A stretch of 64,000 bases of DNA, taken from the NCBI GenBank assembly GCA_002269645.1, contig NIVC01000606.1:310001-374000 (forward strand), in the 5' to 3' direction. A program made the translations under genes and the position numbers. This DNA is from Macrostomum lignano (lineage: Eukaryota). Shown one piece after another: positions 56,257-64,000 of this stretch; position 1 is the stretch's first letter, and each line of letters starts with the position of its first letter. The notes under the pieces are model-generated. The model worked only from the letters and a program-made list of their open reading frames with translations, was not told the DNA's origin and ran no database searches.

Positions 56257-56708
56257 CAAGGACTACTCAAGCAGTAGGACGTGGGACTACGTTTATTGAA
56301 AAAAATTTAGGAGGCAGTTTTTACCGAAAAAATGCATTACGGAGATAGGAGGTCTTCATTCTTTCAGAACAAAAATTGTTGTTGCTTTTGGTAGCAGGCA
56401 GGCAGACCCAATGTTCATCTTTTGATATGATTCGCCCTTCTTATAGCTCTATTGATATTCATAGAGCTTTTCATTTAGAAAATTAGGATTCTATGTTAAT
56501 TCCTATGCCTAAAAATCACGAAAATCAGAATGCATCTATTTTATCATTCTGCTGCGCATTGTTTACTCAGTCCACTAAGTCAGCTAACAGTTTCTGTGCT
56601 AAAAAATGAAAAACTCCATTCTCCGCAATGGATTTTTTCGGTAAAAACCTGCCTCCTAGGATCTTTCAAGAAACAGAGTTTCCCGGCATACTACTTGAGT
56701 AGTCCTTG
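56257..56708. mobile_element. Old inverted-repeat (MITE-like) element with about 125-bp diverged arms
   Basis: 56257-56380 (CAAGGACTACTCAAG...TAGGAGGCAGTTTTTACCGAAAAAAT) matches the reverse complement of 56585-56708. Confidence 0.7.
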
Positions 56709-56772
56709 GCCTGAGTTACTATTTAAAGCAAAAATTATTATTGCAAAGAAACGGACGCTGCCTACTATGCTA

Positions 56773-59700
56773 CTATAAGTAGCCAACAAAGCGCTGGCCG
56801 AGTGGTGCTGCTGCCGCTGCTGTGTGCGGCGGCTGCGGCGGATGCGGCGGCGCCGGCTGCGGTGGTGGCGGTGGCGGAGGCGGCATTCGGCAGTGCGGTG
56901 GCGGCCCGGCCAGCAGCAGGTCGCGCACCAGCCGGCCGGCCTCCAGCGGCGTGGGCGCCGGCGGCGGCGGGGCCAACGCCAGCGACTGCAGCCGGAGCAG
57001 CAGACGGCCGAAGCGGTCACAGCAGCCGCCGGCGGCATCGGGCGCCGAGACAGGCAGCCGCAGGCGGCAGTACTCGGCCAGGGCCCATTGGACGCGCGAC
57101 TGTCCGGCCTCGACTCGGCCGGGCTCGCGCAGGCCCGGACAGTCCGGGTTCAGCAGCGCCAGCGCCTTCAAGCAGGCCAGCTCGGCAACGTCTGCGTGCA
57201 GCTGGCCGAGCCGGAGGGCGGCCGCGGCGGCGGGGCAGCCGATGGTCGGGCGGCGGGGTCCGGCGGCTCCTCTGCGGCCGACTGCAATGCGAACGGTTTT
57301 GGCGGCGGAGATAATGCCCTGAGCATATTAGGTAGTTAAATGACCTTCAGCTGTGCACATTGTAACAACTCGTGACAACAGCAACAGCAGCAACAACAAA
57401 ACACGCCGTCGGGGTGTTTAGAAGGCAGCGTCACATGGCGCGCTACGGATACCCTTCGACTCACAACCTGCCCTGACCCACAAGCCATGATTGACCCACC
57501 TGCTGCAGCTGGGTGAGCACAAGCAGCTGGCCCCAGCTGGCCTGCAGCAAGCTGAGCTGGTCAGCCTGGCCCAGCTCGGCAAAGAACGGCGCCCGCCTCG
57601 CCCATTCAACAGCGGCGGCCAGCAGTTCGCGGGCCCAGTCTCCGGTGCAGCAGGCGACGCCGAGCTGCGGGCACGTCGTCAATGGCGACGGCGGCAGCGG
57701 CCTCGGACGGTGATCCGAACGGACGAGGCCGGACAGAAGGCCGGACAGGCAGGCGCTGAGCTGCTGCTGGCGCTGAGGCGACGGGCCGCCTTGGTACCAG
57801 GGACTGCCCGACGAGTAGGGCGACACCTGCCAGGATTGGTCAGCGAGGGCTGGGAGGGCTTAAAATGCACGCCTTCGGCGACATCGACTCACAACTCCTA
57901 GCAAGCGCACTCACACTCATACAGGCTGTACAGCAGTCCTTTGACTTTCTAATCGTCAGGCATGCACACTCTATTCCTTGGGGTTGGCCGTCATGGCTGA
58001 GTCGCACGACAAACCCCAAACGAATTTTGCTGCGCACGGAATCGAACGAGGGGAGACGCGGCGCGAGATTCAGCCGCGTTTTACCGCCGAGCTGCTCTGC
58101 TTTAGCTGGGGCAGCTCAGATTTTCAGTGGGATGATTTGTCAGGTGGGATCTTGGACGGGGTCTTGATAGGATCCTTGGGTGGGATCTTGGATGATATCT
58201 TGGATGAAATCCTTGGGTGGGATCTTGGATGATATCTTGGATGGGATCCTTGGGTGGGATCTTGGGTGGGATCTTAAATGGGATCTTGAATGGGATCCTG
58301 AATGATATCTTGGATGGAATCTTGGATAGGATCTTGAGTGGAATCTTGGGTGGGATCTTGAATGGGATCCTTGGGTGGGATCTTGGGTGGGATCTTAAAT
58401 GGGATCTTGAATGGGATCCTGAATGATATCTTGGATGGAATCTTGGATAGGATCTTGAGTGGAATCTTGGGTGGGATCTTGAATGGGATCCTTGGGTGGG
58501 ATCTTGGATGCGATCTTGAATGGGATCCTTGGGTGGGATCTTGGATGGGATCCTTGGGTGGGATCTTGGATGGGATCTTGAATGGGATCCTTGGGTGGCA
58601 TCCTTAATTGGGTGGGATCTTTGGGTGGGGTTTTGAATGGATCCAGTAATTCCCATAAATCTTATTGAATTCATTTAATCTCATTTATCCCACGGATTTT
58701 ATACATGGTATAAATCCCATAAATCCCATAAATCCCATAAACCCCATAAATCCCATAAATCCCATAAATCCCATAAATCCCATAAATCCCATAAATCCCA
58801 TAAATCCTGTAAATCCCATAAATCCCATAAATCCCATAAATCCCATAAATCCCATAAATCCCATAAATCCCATAAACCTATGAGTTCCGCAATTGCGTAC
58901 TCACCGACGCAGGCGGCAGCTGGAAGCCGGTTAGGCCCCGAACCGGCGACGACATGCCGTCCCGGCCGGCGCCCCCGCGGCCGCGCTGCACTGCCTCGCG
59001 CCGCATGCCGAGCGCCAGGCACTTGTCGAAACGGCACCGCTGGCATTGGTTCCTGTGCTGCGTGTCCACCGGGCACGGCGTCCCGCCTCCGCCGCCGCCG
59101 CCGCCGCCGCGGCAGCTGTAGACGAGGTTGCGGCGGACGGATCGCTTGAAAAACGATTTGCAGCCCTCGCATGAGAATTGGCCATAGTGCTTGCCTGCGG
59201 TTCGTGCGGTGGCGTTGTGGCGAGATCAGAGTCAGTGTGGTTCGCAGTTATACGGAAATCAAAAAGACCTGTCTTTGGGTTGAGTTCTGAGTAGGGTCTG
59301 AGACTGGCAGATTTGAGTAGGGTCTGAGACTGGCAGATTTGAGTAGGGTCTGAGACTGGGAGATTTGAGTAGGGTCTGAGACTGGCAGATTTGAGTAGAG
59401 TCTGAGACTGGGGGATTTGAGTAGGGTCTTAGACTGGCAGATTTGAGTAGGGTCTGAGACTGGGGGATTTGAGTAGGGTCTGAGACTGGGAGATTTGAGT
59501 AGGGTCTTAGACTGGGAGATTTGAGTAGGGTCTGAGACTGGGAGATTTGAGTAGGGTCTGAGACTGGGGGATTTGAGTAGGGTCTGAGACTGGGAGATTT
59601 GAGTAGGGTTTGAGACAGGCAGATTTGAGTAGGGTCTGAGACTGCGAGATTTAAGGAGCCGATTTGAGAGCCGCAAATCCCAGATCCCTCAAAAAATACA

Positions 59701-60016
59701 GAAAAAATCCAAAGGCCTCACCGGATGCGCGGTCGCCGCAGACAACGCAGTCCACAGCCAGCTGGCTTTTATCGCCATTCAATTCGTCGAATGTTGAGTT
59801 GCCCTTGGCAACCGGCACCGACTCCGATGGCTGAAGCTGTTCGGGCGAGTCGAATGCCAGGGGCTTTCTGTCCTCATCGTCTGCCGGATGCTGCAGGTGG
59901 CTCCGGGGCTGGTGCTGGACAATGTACTGCTGCTGATGAGGCTGATGAGGCTGATGAGGCTGGTGAGCCTGGCCCCCTGGCCAAGCCGTATCGTGCGCCA
60001 CTCCGTGGCTCAACAT
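56773..60016 (-). CDS. NR2F: Divergent COUP-TF/seven-up (NR2F) nuclear receptor, 4 exons: 60016-59722, 59194-58905, 57826-57500, 57318-56773 (about 485 aa)
   Basis: [13 protein letters not shown]|[44 protein letters not shown] with the COUP-type P-box EGCKS. LBD AVEWAR..PFF..L...[17 protein letters not shown] and RFGRLLLRL. In-frame joins (1458 nt). The exon 4 acceptor is uncertain. Confidence 0.85.
58140..58620. repeat. Degenerate GGGATCTTG(G/A) repeat with a duplicated about 120-bp block (NR2F intron 2)
   Basis: Directly visible. Confidence 0.9.
58705..58877. repeat. 9-bp repeat (CCCATAAAT)n, about 19 copies
   Basis: Directly visible. Confidence 0.95.
59285..59650. repeat. 26-bp minisatellite GATTTGAGTAGGGTCTGAGACTGG(CA/GA/GG), about 14 copies (NR2F intron 1)
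   Basis: Directly visible. Confidence 0.95.
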
Positions 60017-60544
60017 TTCCTTGGGAGGTGAAAAAATCGACAGTTTAAAGGAAGTTTAAAGGGCTCGTTTTCAAGGCTTTGGCTCTGGTATTTGAGCACA
60101 GAGTGGCTGGTTGAGATAGAGTGGGGGCGGAGGGTGGGATGGGGGCTTCCCCCAACTGGGGATTTGTGGGGGAGGCGCGGGCGGTGGGCCACAGCGCCCA
60201 ATGGCTGAACAATAGCGAGCTGTCAGTCTGGCTTCTGGATTGGAAAGCTGCCCCGAAAACTGCTCTAATGTGGCTTCGTGTAATGGCGTAAAAAAGTTTT
60301 GAATCCCTTAATTTTGTTGATTTTTTAAAAACATCATTTTCAGCTTCAGATTAAAAAAACGGTGGTTGCCTCAATAAGCCTATAAAGTGAAACAGGATCA
60401 TGCAAGCTTTTTAATACCCAAACATTCGTTAGTTACTTCTCTTGTGTATAAGTATTAGTGCTTATAATCCCGTAGAGTAGCTACCACACTGTCTACCATA
60501 ATGGATTATGTCGTCCATGGCTCCGTTAACTTAAGAAATACTGG

Positions 60545-60820
60545 TCAGCAAGCAAGGAAGAGGAAAGTGAGGGTAGAGACAGAGGGGGGCCTAGAGTAGG
60601 AGGAGAGAGGAGAGAGAGGAGAGGAGAGAGGGGGAGAGAAGACAAAGGACAGAGGGAGAGATGGAGAAGGGCAGAGAGGAGAGGGAAGACGGGAGAGGAG
60701 AGGGGAGAGGGAGAAGAGAGAAAGGGAGAAAGGGAGAGGAGAGGGGAGAGGGAGAAGAGAGAAAGAGAGAAAGGGAGAGGAGAGGGGAGAGGGGAGAGAA
60801 GAGAAAGGAGAGAGTCTCAT
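60545..60820. repeat. GA-rich low-complexity tract
   Basis: Directly visible. Confidence 0.9.
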
Positions 60821-61662
60821 TAGAATAACTCATGACACCGACTGAACGAGCCATACGAGAACTGTATGAACTAAAGGTATGAGTAAAACTCTCTGAACCA
60901 GCGCCTTCGGCGAGGCTCAAAACAGAGGTGGGAGACGCGTCCCCCCAGGTGGAAGACGGGCTGCAGATAAAATCAGGGAATCAATAAGCGCAATATACGC
61001 TTTACAAAAAATGAGAATAATTTTACTATATAAGCACCGAAAACTCCATTGTTAGTCTAGGAGAATTGTTGCAATAAGAAACGGCTGTTCTAATGAATAC
61101 ACGAGAGCAGTAGGCCTTTTTCAAAACAGCTTCTTCTTTTGTGCCGTGCCGCCCTCAGCTCACTTGTTAATTCCCTCAATCCATTCATTCAATCCATAAT
61201 GCGATGAAGTGGCTGCCGGGTAGATAAGAGAGACGCGAACTGACTCAACGGAGCAACATTTTTGGGGGAGGAGGGCCGCAACCCCCCACTTGTTCAACTT
61301 CAATGTCAACGAGCCGTAAGCGCCTCAAGCCTCTCCAACCCCAGTTCCCCTGCAGTCTGACAAAAGATTTTGACAGATCCCGGATCCAATATTCGGTATT
61401 GAAGCAACCTGTTCCTGGCCATAAATTCCCTGCTGTGTTTGACTAAGCAAGTTTGACAATTCGGGCACAGAGCCATGGCGGCGCAAGTCCTGACCTCAAC
61501 AGCCTTTGACCCCTCGACCCGCGGGGGACCTTCGCCTCTTGCTCACTAGCTGGGAAGTTGGATTGACAGGTTGCGAATTGGGTGGGAGCTTTTGCGCCGA
61601 GAATTGAGTCTCCGGTATGTTGTGGAATCTGGTGTGGAATTGTTTTTTAGACCGATAATTCT

Positions 61663-62100
61663 ATGGTACATTCAGTGTTGAGTCAACTTGACTTAGCTGC
61701 TCAATGGGCTCGCGCTGGCAATCAGGTGGAGCTCAAATGGATTCCGGGCCACGCTGGTTTCCTCGTCAACGAGTGTGCTGACCTGCTGGCCAAGGTCAGC
61801 CCCCATCCTAGCCTCGCTGGGCTGACTCCGAGAATCTCCGCTGGTGGCACGACACTCGGAGCTGCAGACAATCCCGTGCTGCCGTCCCCTGTCCCTCCCC
61901 TCCTGTGTAGAGCCCTCCTCAGGCTCAACCGCAGAGACCTCAGAGCAGTCAGCATGGCCCTCTCCGGGCATGGCTGCTTCTCTCGCCACCGCTTCTTTGA
62001 GGGCCAGGTACCCGAGGAGCGGTGCCCCTTCTGCCGCCCAGGCTGTGAAAACGCTGAGCACTTTACCTGCCCACTGCCCCGGTTTTCACCAGGGGAAAAC
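61663..62100 (+). pseudogene. Non-LTR retrotransposon 3' fragment: RNase H C-terminus plus Cys/His knuckle
   Basis: LKWIPGHAGFLVNECADLLAK is the RNase HI WxPGH.G..GNE.AD.LAK motif. It is followed by LSGHGCF..H......CPFC....ENAEHFTC, as in RNase H-bearing LINE clades (I/R1/LOA-like). Confidence 0.85.
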
Positions 62101-62334
62101 CAGCTTCTCTCCGACGATTGGAGGCCAGAGCATCCCGCTGCTCGCCCGGCAAACTCCGGGGCCCAGGACGAGCTGAGACTGCGCTGCAGACGAGATAGAC
62201 GGGTCCTCCTGAGCGACATCGTTCTTATGGAAGCTGCATTCAATCACCTACGAGTTATTTCAGGCATAGCGAGCACTGCTCATAAACTGGAAGCGTCATT
62301 TTATAAAAGCATTGACTGCCTGTTTACATCTGAA

Positions 62335-63330
62335 GTTTTTCATCTGGAGGGTGCCATTTTACACCTGTAGAGTGCCATTTTACATCTGTAGAGTGCCATT
62401 TTACATCTGGAGAGTGCCATTTTACACCTGTAGAATTCCATTTTACAACTGTAGAGTGCCATTTTACATCTGGAGGGTGCCACTTTACATCTGTAGAGTG
62501 CCATTTTACATCTGGAGGGTGCCATTTTACATCTGGAGAGTGCCATTTTACACCTGTAGAGTGCCATTTTACACCTGTAGAGTGCCATTTTACATCTGGA
62601 GAGTGCCATTTTACATCTGTAGAGTGCCATTTTACACCTGTAGAGTGCCATTTTACACCTGTAGAGTGCCATTTTACACCTGTAGAGTGCCATTTTACAC
62701 CTGTAGAGTGCCATTTTACACCTGTAGAGTGCCACTTTACATCTGTAGAGTGCCATTTTACATCTGGAGAGTGCCATTTTACATCTAGAGGGTGCCACTT
62801 TACATCTGTAGAGTGCCATTTTACACATGTAGAGTGCCATTTTACATCTTGAGGGTGCCACTTTACATCTGGAGAGTGCCATTTTACACCTGTAGAGTGC
62901 CATTTTACATCTGGAGAGTGCCATTTTACATCTGGAGAGTGCCATTTTACATCTGTAGAGTGCCATTTTACATCTGGAGGGTGCCACTTTACACCTGTAG
63001 AGTGCCCTTTTACATCTGTAGAGTGCCATTTTACACCTGTAGAGTGCCATTTTACACCTGTAGAGTGCCATTTTACACCTGTAGAGTGCCACTTTACATC
63101 TGTAGAGTGCCATTTACATCTAGAGGGTGCCACTTTACATCTGTAGAGTGCCATTTTACACTGTAAATGTCATTTTACACCTGTAGAGTGCCATTTTCGT
63201 ACAGCTGGAGAGTGCCACTTTACACCTGTAGAGTGCCATTTTACACTGTAAATGTCATTTTACACCTGAAGAGTGTCATTTTCGTACAGCTGGAGAGTGC
63301 CACTTTACACCTGGATGAATACATCTTGAG
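62335..63330. repeat. 21-bp minisatellite TGTAGAGTGCCATTTTACA(C/T)C, about 45 copies
   Basis: Directly visible. It explains ORFs 62312-63166. Confidence 0.96.
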
Positions 63331-64000
63331 CAGCATCTTCAATGTTACACTAAGCTCATATAATTTTACCTTCCCACAATGCATGCAATAAGTTTACCCC
63401 GAAGCATCGAGCTCAAACCCCCGCAGAGGCAGTAAAAATGTAAAATTTAACGAATGATTTTCAAAGCTTTTTTTCGACAACAATCGGAAGCGGACGGGAA
63501 CGAGACAGAAGTTGGAGTCTGGCGCTGTGTTTGCTCACCCCCCGCCCCAGTTTGGGGGTTCCTGCACTCCCCTATCTCCAAGGGGAACTCACCCGCTCCT
63601 TTATTTGTATTCAAGTCTCTACCTGTCCGCGCGTCTCCCGAAACCCCCTTATTTATTTTTCCCAATTCTCCGAGTTTCCCCTGCGGCTCGCTCATAAAAC
63701 TCGAAATGGATAAAAAACATCGAGCCCGCCGCCCTTCTTGTTGCTTCGATTCAGGGACTCCTTCCTGTAAACCTCTGGACTGGAAAGCCGACAGTACGTT
63801 TTAAGCGCAATCTCAACATAGGAGTTGCTGGCCGATTGGTAGAAAAAAAACTGAATTTATGCATTGAATACACATTTTAAAATACAATTTTCAGGGGGTA
63901 CACCTGATTTACATCGCTTCCAGTCCAGGAGTGCCAGAAGTCCCTGCCCTGCTTGGCCTCCTGGGCCATCGCTGATTATAGCTTCCAGTCCAGGAATGTC

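Noticed and set aside
62312-63166. Heptad-repeat ORFs (VKWHSTG / CRVPFYT) of up to 276 aa
   Set aside because: A 21-bp minisatellite open in several frames on both strands, with no unique coding flanks.

Overview
Eukaryotic (animal) genomic DNA with GC-rich exons, AT-rich intergenic DNA and many intronic minisatellites. The style suggests a free-living flatworm such as Macrostomum, but that is inference only. I reconstructed five spliced or single-exon protein genes by hand, with GT-AG introns and consistent phases: a compact MAP1/Futsch-family gene (+, 9728-23252, 7 exons, about 896 aa); a Mondo/MLXIP-family bHLH-ZIP gene (-, 25676-30359, 6 exons, about 836 aa); an intronless p62/SQSTM1 (+, 41426-42307); an SLK/STK10-family Ste20 kinase (+, 49125-55119, 8 exons, about 883 aa); and a divergent COUP-TF/seven-up NR2F receptor (-, 56773-60016, 4 exons, about 485 aa). 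Mobile DNA includes a foldback-like element with internally repetitive inverted arms around a 4.7-kb spacer (1 to about 8400) and a young, internally deleted P-superfamily element (45754-47670, 112-bp TIRs, 8-bp TSD) that can splice a THAP-only protein. There are also two MITEs with exact 8-bp TSDs, a promoter-bearing repeat present twice in opposite orientation, RTE-type and RNase H-bearing LINE fragments, and two copies of a repeat with a 28S rRNA-like core. Most long six-frame ORFs are read-throughs of tandem repeats. No prokaryotic systems, CRISPR arrays or tRNAs are supported.
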